From a bacterium HR15 (GTDB taxonomy: Bacteria; Armatimonadota; Fimbriimonadia; Fimbriimonadales; GBS-DC), in the NCBI GenBank assembly GCA_002898555.1, contig BEHR01000003.1:28289-92288 (forward strand): a DNA stretch of 64,000 bases, given 5' to 3'. The position numbers were made by a program, and so were the translations under genes. Below, piece after piece: positions 20,255 through 31,863 of this stretch. The notes under the pieces are model-generated. The model saw only the letters and a program-made list of their open reading frames with translations, was not told where the DNA came from and searched no databases. Numbering within the stretch: the first letter of the stretch is position 1; every line of letters begins with the position of its first letter.

Positions 20255-22653
20255 TCCTGCTTCGGTGGCTGCGGAAACGGCTGGCTGAATCGGACTCTTG
20301 CTCCAACGAGATGGCGCGCACCATAGCCCAGCAGCCCGCTTTGCGACGCATCCGCTACGACTACACACGCGACACGGTGGAAGTGGAATATGAGGCGAAT
20401 CGTGTAAGCGCGTCCAAAGCACAGCAGGGCATCGAGCCGTTGCTGTATGCGTTGGGCGAACGCATCCCGACCTGCGCTCTACGCGACCCACAGGGCGGCA
20501 TCTGCGAGGACTGCCCCAGCGTGCAGCAACATGGCAAGCAGATGCGCATCAACGGCTCGCTCTTTCGCGCCCAGTTCGACGGGCAGGTGCTAACCGTGGA
20601 GCGTGCGGAGCCAGCACCTGTGCCTGACGCGCCTATCGACCGTTTCATCCGCCGCGTGAAAGCCATCGAGCAATCTGCCGAATCTTCTTCGTGGTACCCG
20701 TCTGGGTCAAAGAAGAAAATTCTGGCTCTGCTGTGGCGTGGTCGTGCTTTTTGGGAGCCAGTGCTGACCGGCGTGAACTTACTGATGTTGGTGCTGGGTG
20801 GACTGGCGAACTCCTGGGGCGCGACCGCCCTGGCGACCGTTGCCTATGTGATTGCCTATTTGGCGGGGGGCTACTATGGCGCGCTGGACGGGCTCCAAAC
20901 TCTGCGTGCGCGACAACTGGATGTAAACTTGCTGATGATTATGGCAGCCATTGGTGCTGCCGTTGTGGGTGAGATGGCGGAAGGAGGCACGCTCCTGTTT
21001 CTGTTCTCGCTGTCCAACACCCTGCAGAGCTTTGCATTGATGCGTAGCCGTCGTGCTGTACGCGCCCTGATGGCGCTTCAGCCCGATCTTGCCACCCGCC
21101 TCACCGATCAGGGCGAACAAATCGTGCCCGTTGAGGAGCTTCTGCCTGGCGAGCGCGTGCTGGTGCGTCCCGGCGAACGAATCCCGACCGATGGCATCGT
21201 GCTGCGCGGCGAATCGCATGTCGATCAGTCCCCCATCACGGGCGAATCGGTGCCTGTGCATAAGACAGTAGGCTCCCAAGTGTTCGCGGGCACGATTAAC
21301 ACGGGTGGCGTTCTGGAGATAGAAGTGTCGCACCCCGTGAGCGAGACACTGCTGCACCGTATTCTGCGTTTAGTGGAGGAGGCGCAGGAGCAGAAGGCGC
21401 GCACGCAGCGCTGGCTGGAGCAGTTCGAGCAGCGCTACGCGCTTGCCGTGATAGGTGCTTCTGCCGTAGTCGCCCTCGGGCTACCCCTTTTGGGCTGGGC
21501 ATTCCACGACGCTTTCTATCGCGCTATGACCTTGCTGGTCGTCGCCTCGCCCTGTGCTTTGGTCATCAGCACACCGGCTACCTTGCTTTCCGCGATTGCC
21601 AACGCCGCGCGACACGGCATCTTGTTCAAGGGGGGTGAGCCTATCGAGCGACTTGCGTCGGTGCGAGCGATCGCCATCGATAAAACAGGCACCCTCACCG
21701 AGGGCAAGCTGGTGTTCACCGATCTCGTACCGATCGGGGATACGCCCGAATCGGAACTCTGGCAGTGTCTCCTCGATGTGGAGGTGCTGTCGGAACACCC
21801 GCTGGCACAGGCACTGGTCAAGGAGGCGCAAGCGCGTGGCTTCCATCCTCAGCCCGTAGACGGGTTCGAAGCGTTGCCGGGCAGAGGGGTGCGTGCCCTG
21901 CGCAAGGGGCAGCTCGTTCTTATCGGCAATTTGCGCTTATTCGAAGGCAGCGCAACGATCCCCGACGAGGTGCAACAGGTGGTGCAGCAACTGCGCGCGC
22001 AGGGCAAAACCGCTATGCTGATCGCGACGATGCCATCTGACCGATCGGGCATGTCCGAGCCGTTTTCATCGCTGCGCTTCCTTGGTGTCGCCGCGGTGGC
22101 TGATCAAATACGCCCAACAGCGGCACAGGCTGTGCAGCAATTGAAAGCACAGGGCATTCCCTGTATCGCCATGCTGACAGGCGACGCTGAACCCATCGCG
22201 CGTGCCATTGCCCAGCAGACGGGTATCGAGCGCGTTTATGCCGACCTGCTGCCTGATGAGAAGCTTCAAGTGCTACGCCAGCTCAGTCAGGAATGCGGTC
22301 CGGTGGCGATGGTGGGTGATGGGGTCAACGATGCGCCCGCGCTTGCCGCGGCGGAAGTGGGCATCGCGATGGGGGCAGGTACCGATGTCGCACTGGAGAC
22401 TGCGGATGTCGCTCTGGTCGGCAACGACCTGACCAATCTGCCCTACGCGGTCGCGCTAAGCCGTCGCGCTATGCAGGTGCTAAAGCAGAACCTTCTCTTT
22501 GCAACCGCTGTCATCGTGATGCTGATTATCCTCACCTTCACCGCGGGGCTGCGCCTGCCACTCGGTGTGGTCGGGCACGAGGGTAGCACGCTGCTCGTTG
22601 TGCTGAACGGCTTGCGATTGCTGGCTTTCCGTCGGGAACAGGTATACTCTTAA
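20251..22653 (+). CDS. Heavy-metal P1B-4-type ATPase (Fe/Co efflux type)
   Basis: TGES, SPC, DKTGT, SEHP, GDGVNDAP, HEGST. Confidence 0.9.
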   Translation: MILLRWLRKRLAESDSCSNEMARTIAQQPALRRIRYDYTRDTVEVEYEANRVSASKAQQGIEPLLYALGERIPTCALRDPQGGICEDCPSVQQHGKQMRINGSLFRAQFDGQVLTVERAEPAPVPDAPIDRFIRRVKAIEQSAESSSWYPSGSKKKILALLWRGRAFWEPVLTGVNLLMLVLGGLANSWGATALATVAYVIAYLAGGYYGALDGLQTLRARQLDVNLLMIMAAIGAAVVGEMAEGGTLLFLFSLSNTLQSFALMRSRRAVRALMALQPDLATRLTDQGEQIVPVEELLPGERVLVRPGERIPTDGIVLRGESHVDQSPITGESVPVHKTVGSQVFAGTINTGGVLEIEVSHPVSETLLHRILRLVEEAQEQKARTQRWLEQFEQRYALAVIGASAVVALGLPLLGWAFHDAFYRAMTLLVVASPCALVISTPATLLSAIANAARHGILFKGGEPIERLASVRAIAIDKTGTLTEGKLVFTDLVPIGDTPESELWQCLLDVEVLSEHPLAQALVKEAQARGFHPQPVDGFEALPGRGVRALRKGQLVLIGNLRLFEGSATIPDEVQQVVQQLRAQGKTAMLIATMPSDRSGMSEPFSSLRFLGVAAVADQIRPTAAQAVQQLKAQGIPCIAMLTGDAEPIARAIAQQTGIERVYADLLPDEKLQVLRQLSQECGPVAMVGDGVNDAPALAAAEVGIAMGAGTDVALETADVALVGNDLTNLPYAVALSRRAMQVLKQNLLFATAVIVMLIILTFTAGLRLPLGVVGHEGSTLLVVLNGLRLLAFRREQVYS

Positions 22654-22659
22654 ATCAGC

Positions 22660-22770
22660 CGCGGGGGGTGCTGCCGTCAGGCGGCTGAGATCTCCCTTTC
22701 GGGAGAAACCCCTGGAACCTGATCCGGGTAATACCGGCGGAGGGAACGCGGGAAACAGGCATCGCATGGT
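22660..22770 (+). ncRNA. TPP riboswitch
   Basis: GGGGTGC..GCTGAGA..CCC..GAACCTGATCCGGGTAATACCGGCGGAGGGAA upstream of thiC. Confidence 0.95.
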
Positions 22771-22804
22771 TTGGGCACCTTGCCCTTTTTAAGGGCAGAC
22801 CTGA

Positions 22805-24226
<1,422 letters not shown>

Positions 24227-24250
24227 TAAGGGGCAGTGTTGCGGAGAGTC

Positions 24251-24483
24251 GAGGGTGTTCGAAAAATCGGTGCGCGTAGGGTATCCTAATCCCTATGAAA
24301 CGAGGCGACCTCCCACGACCAACCCTTACCACCCTGCAGGGGAAAACCATCTACGCCATCATCCAAAATTTTCTTTTCCGACCCAGCAGGGTACCCCGGA
24401 AAAGAAAATTTTGTGGTTGGGGAGGGTAATTTTGTGTGTTGTGTGTGGGTGGTGATTGTCTACGCGAATTTTCGAACACCCTC
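24251..24483. mobile_element. MITE-like element B
   Basis: Perfect TIR gagggtgttcgaaaa / ttttcgaacaccctc; shared palindrome aaaattttcttttccg..cggaaaagaaaatttt. Confidence 0.75.
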
Positions 24484-24486
24484 GTT

Positions 24487-24845
24487 GGGCTATGACTTGG
24501 AGGGCAACTTGGTGAGTTTGAAGCGTCAAGGGGCAAGTGTTGGCTGGGTCTATACTTATGACGGTTTAGGTCGTCGGGTGAGGGCGCAGCTGGGCAGCAA
24601 TACGCTGGAGTTTTTGTACGGTGCTGGTGATGCGGTGCTTGCTGAGCGTGCGAACGGTGGTGCGTGGGTTGTTGATAGTTTCGGAGCGTGGTTGTACCAG
24701 CGCGGGAGCGACTACCTGCACTGGAGTTTGCATGGGGATTTGGCAGGGATTAATGCCTCCAGCGCGAATGTGCCGATAACGGATGCGTTTGGGGATTTGG
24801 TGAACGGGATGCGAGCGGTGTACGACTGGAACGGGGCGTGGTGGT
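24487..24845 (+). pseudogene. RHS/YD-repeat protein fragment
   Basis: GYDLEGNL, YTYDGLGRRV, TDAFGD, YDWNGAW; no start, no complete core. Confidence 0.7.
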
Positions 24846-25035
24846 GCTTGGCAGCATTGGGGTTGGCGTGGGGAGTGTGTTCATCGGTTCGATGCTTTGT
24901 GGGGTGTGGCAGAAGGGATGTCCATTGTGAGCTGCCCGCGATAAGACAAGGTAGGAAACCCTTGTGCTATGGCGAACCCCCGATAGGGTACAATAAGGAT
25001 ACGGGCGCTTATAGCCCGCAAACAGATGGAGGCGA

Positions 25036-26418
25036 ATGAACATGAAGCGTGTGGCGATAGGGTGGTTAATACTCGTTGGTTGCGCGTGGGCGCAAGCCCC
25101 GTTCACGATTTTGCGCCCTGTGGAAGGGGCACGGGTACGCGAGAAGGTGGAGGTGCGCGTGCCTTTACATAGTGTGCCGCCTGAAGGGTTTATTGGGGTT
25201 AGCATCGACGGCAAATTTGTCGAGGCGGTCGCTCCCGCTGCGCTCCGAACCGATAAGGAGAAAGGGCATCTCATCTATGAATGGGACACCAAAGCACGCA
25301 ACATCCCCGACGGCAAGCACACCATCGAACTGACCCTGTACAGCGGCGGCAACGATCGCCGCATCCTCGCGCGCAGCGCGGTGAATGTCGTCGTGGAGAA
25401 CAAAATCAAGATCCCCGCTGACGGCATCCGTCTCCAGTACAAGTGGATACCAGGACGCAACTTCCATTACCGCGTGCAAGTTGCGGCGAAGGATCAGACG
25501 GAGCTAAAGGACACCGGACTGAGCCCAGAAGAAACCCTGCTGATGGATGTCAAATTCGGGGTGGATCTCTTCACCCACGATTTTACGCCCCCACTTGCGC
25601 TGATTGCATGGATGCCAGTGCCTCCTGCCGTTATTTTGGAGGGGGGGCAGTACAGCGTGATTACCGGCGAGAACATGGCGCCCGTCTATCAGGAAATCGA
25701 GACGACAGGGCGTGTGCGGTATCAAGAATCGCGGCTGGGACAATCGCAGCAGTACGAGTATTACTATGTGACAGCGGGCAATTTGCCGGAGCTGCCGCCG
25801 ACGAAGGTCAAGGAGGGATTCCGCTGGTCGATGACCTTGGTGCAATATGATCCCCTGGAAACAGGGGAAGGCGGTAACCCGAAAGTGGCAGCCCGCTTTC
25901 CTATCCCGGCACGCATCGAAAGCTTCGAGTGGGAACGCGGCTACAAGTGCGCGAAAATCGTTTGCGAATTCACTGGCAATATCCCCGGTCGGTTCGATAT
26001 GGGCGAGTTCCGACTCGAAAAGCCCAAGGTCAAGGTGAAGCGAACGATCTATTTCGCCTATGACATCGGGCAGGTAGTGCGTATGACCACATCCATCGAG
26101 TTTGAGACGACGGTGCGCGAGCAGATTGGCGGCTCAGGTGGAATCGGTGCCCCCCCAGGTCGCTGGGGACCTCCGGGCGGCGGACGCGGTGGCATGGGCG
26201 CGGGTGATGAGGAAGGCGGAATGCCTGCCTATGGTAGTCGGGGTGGACGCGGCGGACGCGGAGGCATGGCGGTCGGCGGTCAACCCCCCGGCTATGGCGC
26301 CCCAGGCGAAGGCATGAGACAGCCCGGCACAGGGCGCGGCGCCGCCACGATGCCCGGTCAGGCAGTTGTCAGCCGCTTGATTCTCACCGAAGAGTGGGTG
26401 CTTGCGAAAATCTTTTGA
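25036..26418 (+). CDS. Secreted hypothetical protein (Ig-like N-terminus, Gly/Arg-rich loop)
   Basis: Signal peptide AWAQA; WDTK..PDGKHTIEL. Confidence 0.75.
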   Translation: MNMKRVAIGWLILVGCAWAQAPFTILRPVEGARVREKVEVRVPLHSVPPEGFIGVSIDGKFVEAVAPAALRTDKEKGHLIYEWDTKARNIPDGKHTIELTLYSGGNDRRILARSAVNVVVENKIKIPADGIRLQYKWIPGRNFHYRVQVAAKDQTELKDTGLSPEETLLMDVKFGVDLFTHDFTPPLALIAWMPVPPAVILEGGQYSVITGENMAPVYQEIETTGRVRYQESRLGQSQQYEYYYVTAGNLPELPPTKVKEGFRWSMTLVQYDPLETGEGGNPKVAARFPIPARIESFEWERGYKCAKIVCEFTGNIPGRFDMGEFRLEKPKVKVKRTIYFAYDIGQVVRMTTSIEFETTVREQIGGSGGIGAPPGRWGPPGGGRGGMGAGDEEGGMPAYGSRGGRGGRGGMAVGGQPPGYGAPGEGMRQPGTGRGAATMPGQAVVSRLILTEEWVLAKIF

Positions 26419-26463
26419 TGAACAAGAAGCACAAGCAACTGCCGTCCATGAGGGAGTGAGAGA

Positions 26464-27294
26464 TTGGCAAGCCCAGCAGGACTGGAACCGCCCCAGACAC
26501 GCATGCAGGGTGATGAGCCGCGAGCGACCTTTATTGAGCATCTGGAGGAGCTGCGCAAGCGTATTTTCCGCGCATTGCTCTATGTGATGCTTGGCTGGGT
26601 TGTAGGGTTCTTTATCGAACCCTATGTGTACCATTTTCTGGCGACCCCCCTGCTGGGCACAATGCCCAAAAGCACACGCTTCGTGTTTACGCATGCGACC
26701 GAGCCGTTCTTTTTGAAGTTCAAGCTCTCGCTGATTCTGGGGCTGTTGCTGGTCGTGCCGCTTATCATGCGCGAGGTGTGGGGCTTTATCGCGCCTGGCT
26801 TGACCCGCCAGGAGCGTCGGGCGGTGATGTTTGTTGCCCCCTTCAGCGCGTTCCTCTTCTTCTTCGGCGCCGCATGTGGCTACTTCATCCTGCCGAAGGC
26901 GTTCGACTTCTTTCTGAGCTATCTCAAGGACTATCCCGACGCCGTGCTATATCAGAACCCGGCGCAATATGTGACTTTCGTGGTAAAGATGATGTTGGCG
27001 TTTGGGCTGGGGTTCCAGATGCCGGTCGTGCTGATGTTTCTGGCGCAGGTCGGGCTGGCGACCCCCGAATCGATGTGGCGCTACTGGCGGCATGCAATAG
27101 TCATTATTGGATTTCTGGCAGCATTACTAACCCCTTCAGGCGATGCCTTTTCGATGCTGGCAGTTGCGCTACCGATGGTGTTTCTCTATTTCTTGAGCAT
27201 CCTTCTGGTAGGACGCATTGCCAAGCGGCGTCGCCAACGCGAACAGCAGATGCGCACCGTCAACACCGCTTCACATTTCCGGGATGTTAGATAA
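26464..27294 (+). CDS. tatC: Twin-arginine translocase TatC
   Basis: EHLEELRKR, FIAPGL, FQMP, LTPSGD. Confidence 0.95.
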   Translation: MASPAGLEPPQTRMQGDEPRATFIEHLEELRKRIFRALLYVMLGWVVGFFIEPYVYHFLATPLLGTMPKSTRFVFTHATEPFFLKFKLSLILGLLLVVPLIMREVWGFIAPGLTRQERRAVMFVAPFSAFLFFFGAACGYFILPKAFDFFLSYLKDYPDAVLYQNPAQYVTFVVKMMLAFGLGFQMPVVLMFLAQVGLATPESMWRYWRHAIVIIGFLAALLTPSGDAFSMLAVALPMVFLYFLSILLVGRIAKRRRQREQQMRTVNTASHFRDVR

Positions 27295-27321
27295 CCTAAT
27301 CTGGTAATGGAGGACACAGCG

Positions 27322-28452
27322 ATGGGAACCGCCTACACACCGGGATTGACCGTCAGCGGCAATACGATTGTGCGTAAGACGCGCCGCCTGCCCATCAAGG
27401 GTGAGGTATTGGTGCAGGAAGGCGACATGGTGGAAGCCGACACGGTTGTCGCCCGCGCCTACCTGCCCGGCATCCTGCAGACGGTGCGCGTCGCACAGAC
27501 GCTCGGCATCGAGCCGAAACAGATTCGCGAAGTGCTAAAAGTCAAAGAGGGCGACCCAGTGGAGAAGGATCAGGTGATTGCCGAAACCAAAGGCATCTTT
27601 GGACTCTTTCGTGGAATCTGTAAGTCACCTGTGCGGGGCACTGTGGAACTCATCTCGCCGGTCACAGGGCATGTGGGCGTGCGTGAACCACCGACCGTGA
27701 TCGAGGTAAACGCCTATGTGCGCGGGCGCGTGGTGCAGGTGATACCCGAAGAGGGCGCGATTATCGAGACACAGGGGGCATTCATTCAAGGTATTTTCGG
27801 CGTGGGTGGCGAACGCCAGGGCGTTCTGCGCATGCGGGTTCAATCACCCGACGAGGTGCTGACTGAGGCACACCTGAACGATGACCTTGCAGGCACGATC
27901 GTGGTCGGGGGCGCAGGCATCGAAAGCGGTGCACTGCGTAAAGCCGCTCGACTGGGCATCGTGGGCATCGTGGCAGGCGGCATTCGCGACGCCGATCTGG
28001 TCGAATTTCTCGGATTCGATATCGGCGTCGCCATCACCGGGCAGGAAGACATCCCACTCTCGGTTATCGTCACCGAAGGCTTCGGTGTGATGCGCATGGC
28101 GCAGCGCACCTTTAACCTGCTCAAAAGCTTAGAAGGTCGCTTGGCGTCCATCAATGGCGCAACGCAGATCCGTGCAGGCGTCATTCGTCCGGAGATTATC
28201 GTGCCGCAAGAGGCGTCGGATCACCCCTTCGAGGCGATGCCAACCGCGGAAAGCCAACAGCTGAGCATCGGCGCACCTATCCGTATCATTCGCGAACCCT
28301 ACTTCGGTAAGCTGGGGCGTGTGCGCGCCCTCCCACCTGAACTGATGGAGATTGAATCGGGCGCGCGTGTGCGCGTGCTGGAAGCGGAATTGGAAGATGG
28401 AACGATGGTGACCGTGCCACGAGCCAATGTCGAAATTATCGCGGAGGGCTAA
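27322..28452 (+). CDS. Conserved hypothetical protein
   Basis: Long ORF with GGAGGA RBS; lipoyl-like VQEGDMV / VKEGDPV segments, KOW-like C-terminus. Confidence 0.8.
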   Translation: MGTAYTPGLTVSGNTIVRKTRRLPIKGEVLVQEGDMVEADTVVARAYLPGILQTVRVAQTLGIEPKQIREVLKVKEGDPVEKDQVIAETKGIFGLFRGICKSPVRGTVELISPVTGHVGVREPPTVIEVNAYVRGRVVQVIPEEGAIIETQGAFIQGIFGVGGERQGVLRMRVQSPDEVLTEAHLNDDLAGTIVVGGAGIESGALRKAARLGIVGIVAGGIRDADLVEFLGFDIGVAITGQEDIPLSVIVTEGFGVMRMAQRTFNLLKSLEGRLASINGATQIRAGVIRPEIIVPQEASDHPFEAMPTAESQQLSIGAPIRIIREPYFGKLGRVRALPPELMEIESGARVRVLEAELEDGTMVTVPRANVEIIAEG

Positions 28453-28454
28453 AG

Positions 28455-29228
28455 ATGGCGAGCGGTGAATGGCGAATGATGCGTGGCGCGACTCCCTCCC
28501 TCTCACCGCGTGGGCAAGGGGCGTTGGACGAAGGCAACCCGTCCACGGCACGCGCCTATCGGGTGCTGATCGTTGAAGACGACACTGTGCTGCTGGAAAC
28601 GCTCCGCTATAACCTGGAGCGTGAGGGATTTGAAGTGTGGACAGCCACCGACGCCGAATCTGCCCTTAAAACCTTTCACGCGCACCTGCCCGATGTGATT
28701 CTCCTGGATGTGATGCTGCCCGCACGCAGTGGGTTCGAACTCTGCCGGCTCATCCGCCAGCACAGCCAAGTGCCGATCCTCTTTTTGACGGCGCGCACAG
28801 CGGAGGAGGACCGCGTACTCGGGCTGGAGATGGGAGGCGATGACTATATCGTGAAACCGTTCAGCATGCGCGAACTGATGGCGCGTATCCGCGCTATCTT
28901 GCGTCGTGCTGCGCCAGAGCCTGTGCCCATGAAACGGCAATTTGGCGAGCTGGAGATCGATCTGGAGGCGCGGCGGGTGCTGCGCAACGGTGAGGAAATC
29001 ACCCTGTCGCCCCGTGAGTTCGCATTGCTTGCCTTGCTCACCAGCCATCCAGGAAGGATATTCTCACGCGATGAACTGCTCAATCGGATATGGGGACTGA
29101 ATGTGTTTGTCAGCCCACGCACCGTCGATGTGCATATCCGCTGGCTACGCATCAAAATTGAACCTGACCCCGAACATCCCCGCTATATCCACACCGTGCG
29201 CGGACTTGGCTACCGATTCGACGGGTGA
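28455..29228 (+). CDS. OmpR/PhoB family response regulator
   Basis: VLIVEDD, LLDVMLP, DDYIVKPF, RTVDVHIRWLR, TVRGLGY. Confidence 0.93.
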   Translation: MASGEWRMMRGATPSLSPRGQGALDEGNPSTARAYRVLIVEDDTVLLETLRYNLEREGFEVWTATDAESALKTFHAHLPDVILLDVMLPARSGFELCRLIRQHSQVPILFLTARTAEEDRVLGLEMGGDDYIVKPFSMRELMARIRAILRRAAPEPVPMKRQFGELEIDLEARRVLRNGEEITLSPREFALLALLTSHPGRIFSRDELLNRIWGLNVFVSPRTVDVHIRWLRIKIEPDPEHPRYIHTVRGLGYRFDG

Positions 29229-29309
29229 AAAGGTATCCTAATATAGGGGGGTTGACAATGAAAACCGAATCGGTGGAAGAAATCTATCGAGTGAGGCGAA
29301 TGATTCCTA

Positions 29310-30629
29310 ATGGGGTTTCGAGGGCTTGGGGTGATGCTGGGCGCGAGCGCAGTGCTGCTCGCAGCAGTTGCGCTTGTTGAAGTGCCCCCTCCGGGGCGCG
29401 AGTTGCTGATCGTGCTGGCGCTGGGCGCGGTTCTCACCGCAACCTACTTCGCGATTCAGGCACAGCGTCGATGGCGACAGGCGCTGCAACAGGCGCATAC
29501 CTTTCAGGCACAGGCTCAGGCTCTTGAACACGCGCTGGCTCGAAAACGCTATGCGCAGAACCTCTTGCTGGACGGGCTACCTATCCCCCTCATCTTATGC
29601 GAGCGCGACAGCACCCTCCGTTATGCCAATCAGACCGCGCTGGAGTGGTTCGGTTTTCGGGAGGTACGGGGCAAGTCGCTGCTGGCACTCACGCTTTGCT
29701 ATGACCTGTATCGCTTTTTCCAGCAAGGCGTGCGACGCGCAGCACAACTCACCTGCCCCCTGACGCTCAACTTCCCTCATGAGCGACATGTGATGGCGTC
29801 TGTCTGGCCAATAATGGATGAAAATGGCACGGAGCTATTTGCTCTCATCCTGCTGGACCGCACCGAGCTGGTGCGCATCGAGCAGGTGCGTCGCGACTTC
29901 GTTGCGAATGTCTCCCACGAGTTTCGTACGCCGCTCGCCTCCATTCGCTCATTAGCCGAGACGATCCAGGAAGATCCCACTATGCCTGCTGAAACGCGCA
30001 CCCGCTTCCTGACAATGATTGTTCAGGAAGTAGAGCGTATGGCACGCATTGCCGAAGACCTGCTGACGCTCTCCCATGCCGAGTCGCTCCCGCCACGAAG
30101 GGAGCTGGTCGATTTGGTGCCCCTCGTGCTGCAAGCAGTGCAGCAAGTACAGGCTGAGGCGCAAGCACACGGGGTGCAAATCGAGGCCGAACTGCCCGAA
30201 CGGCTGACCTTGCTCGCCCAGCGCGACCAGATGGTGCAGGTGGTACTGAACCTGCTGACCAACGCCATCCGCTACAACCAGCCAAACGGGCATGTGTGGG
30301 TACGCGCTTTTCAAAGGGCAGCATCTGCCATGTCCGACTCGGCGGACCAGTCAGTCGCCTCCGACAGGTCGGAAGTCGTGCTGGAGGTCCAAGACACGGG
30401 GATCGGTATTCCCAGCGAGGATTTGCCCCGGATCTTTGAGCGGTTCTATCGGGTCGACAAAACGCGCTCGCGTGAGACGGGCGGCACAGGGCTGGGGCTA
30501 TCGATCGTGAAACATATCGTGGAGGCGCATGGCGGGCGCGTGGAAGTGGAGAGCGAATATCGGGTGGGTAGCACTTTCCGCGTCATCCTGCCTGCACCTC
30601 CACAGGCTACTCCAGAATCTCATGGCTGA
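29310..30629 (+). CDS. PhoR-like sensor histidine kinase
   Basis: DFVANVSHEFRTP, NAIRY, FERFYRVD, GGTGLGL; PAS-like region. Confidence 0.92.
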   Translation: MGFRGLGVMLGASAVLLAAVALVEVPPPGRELLIVLALGAVLTATYFAIQAQRRWRQALQQAHTFQAQAQALEHALARKRYAQNLLLDGLPIPLILCERDSTLRYANQTALEWFGFREVRGKSLLALTLCYDLYRFFQQGVRRAAQLTCPLTLNFPHERHVMASVWPIMDENGTELFALILLDRTELVRIEQVRRDFVANVSHEFRTPLASIRSLAETIQEDPTMPAETRTRFLTMIVQEVERMARIAEDLLTLSHAESLPPRRELVDLVPLVLQAVQQVQAEAQAHGVQIEAELPERLTLLAQRDQMVQVVLNLLTNAIRYNQPNGHVWVRAFQRAASAMSDSADQSVASDRSEVVLEVQDTGIGIPSEDLPRIFERFYRVDKTRSRETGGTGLGLSIVKHIVEAHGGRVEVESEYRVGSTFRVILPAPPQATPESHG

Positions 30630-31785
30630 TGGTCTCGCGAATGCGGAACCCACGCCGCAGGAACTCCTTAACAAAGGTGTGTCCGCTCATCGACTGCTCA
30701 TAGGGGATCAGTCCCCGAGGCACCGTCCCCTGAGCCACCCCTATTGCGATAATCGAGGCGGAGAAGCCTGTGCAGCGCTCCATCGCGGTGAAGCCTGTCT
30801 CTTCATCATGGTAATCGATGAGCTGGAGCGTGATGGCGAAGGGGCAACCACTTTTGACCCCCGTCGCATGGGCGTAGACCACCACCAGATCCTTCTCTTC
30901 GGGGAACTGGATACGCGGTGGGATCACCGTCACGCTGAACTGGCGCGGGGTCACTAAGGCATCCCCCACTTTCACTGGCTCCTCGTCGAAGAAGCCGAGA
31001 TCGCGCAGGGCGCGCATAATCGCCCAGTGTCCTGGGTAGCGCAGCGTTTTGTAGTCGTATTCACGCACTTTGCCTTCCAGGGTGAAAGGCGCAGTAGAAG
31101 TGCCGCCTGAAGTGGAGGCGGCTTCCAGCACGCCCAGCCCTTCAATTTCTATGGTCTCCACATCGTCCATCGTGGGCACATAGGTTGGCTTGCCCTCGCG
31201 TAGCGTCAATGCCTGACCAGTATACTCCGAGATGACCCCGATCATATTGAACACCAACTTGTAGCCGAGCGGTCCCACCGGGCGTTGGGGCAGTCCGCCG
31301 CAGCGCAGGCGCACTGTGTCGCACCGATCCATCTTCTCGATGCAGTAAAGCCCCAGATGGTTCACCATCCCGGGCGCAAGTCCGCAATCGGGCACAAGCG
31401 CGATGCCCGCCTCCTGCGCTTCTTCATGACGCTTGCGGAATTCGAACCAGAACCATTCAGGCTCGTTGCCCATGTCAATAAAGCTGCGCCTCGCCTCCAG
31501 TGCGAGTTGCGCCAAGCGCATATTCATCTGCCAGGGCACGGCGCTGATAATCACATCGGCTTGCTCGAAGTAGTCCCGCACCTGCTTTTCGTCGCGGGCA
31601 TCCACCCGTTTAGGATAGACCAGCGTGCGCTGAATTAATTGGTTGATCCACTCGGCTTTGAGGGTCGCCTTTTCTAAGTCGATATCTGCCAAGTAAATTA
31701 GCTCAGGGTCGCCGAACCGCGCCAGGTCATAGGCAACCGCGGGACCCTGCATACCCGCGCCAAGAATCGCATACCGTGTCTTCAT
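30607..31785 (-). CDS. Saccharopine / lysine 6-dehydrogenase family protein
   Basis: LGAGMQG, DCGLAPG, CGGLP, KTLRYPGH, TAMERCTG. Confidence 0.88.
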   Translation of the reverse strand: MKTRYAILGAGMQGPAVAYDLARFGDPELIYLADIDLEKATLKAEWINQLIQRTLVYPKRVDARDEKQVRDYFEQADVIISAVPWQMNMRLAQLALEARRSFIDMGNEPEWFWFEFRKRHEEAQEAGIALVPDCGLAPGMVNHLGLYCIEKMDRCDTVRLRCGGLPQRPVGPLGYKLVFNMIGVISEYTGQALTLREGKPTYVPTMDDVETIEIEGLGVLEAASTSGGTSTAPFTLEGKVREYDYKTLRYPGHWAIMRALRDLGFFDEEPVKVGDALVTPRQFSVTVIPPRIQFPEEKDLVVVYAHATGVKSGCPFAITLQLIDYHDEETGFTAMERCTGFSASIIAIGVAQGTVPRGLIPYEQSMSGHTFVKEFLRRGFRIRETISHEILE

Positions 31786-31803
31786 CGCTGTATTCCTCCT
31801 TCT

Positions 31804-31839
31804 AAATAAAATGGTGGGGGGTCAACTACGACCCCCCAC
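31804..31839 (-). terminator. Flagellin terminator
   Basis: gtggggggtc/gaccccccac stem with T-rich tail on the minus strand. Confidence 0.7.
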
Positions 31840-31863
31840 TGTAGGAGTATACCCGACGGCGCG

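Noticed and set aside
27287-27299. TTAG-N5-CTAA at the tatC stop
   Set aside because: Centre differs from the two operator copies and there is no clear promoter context.
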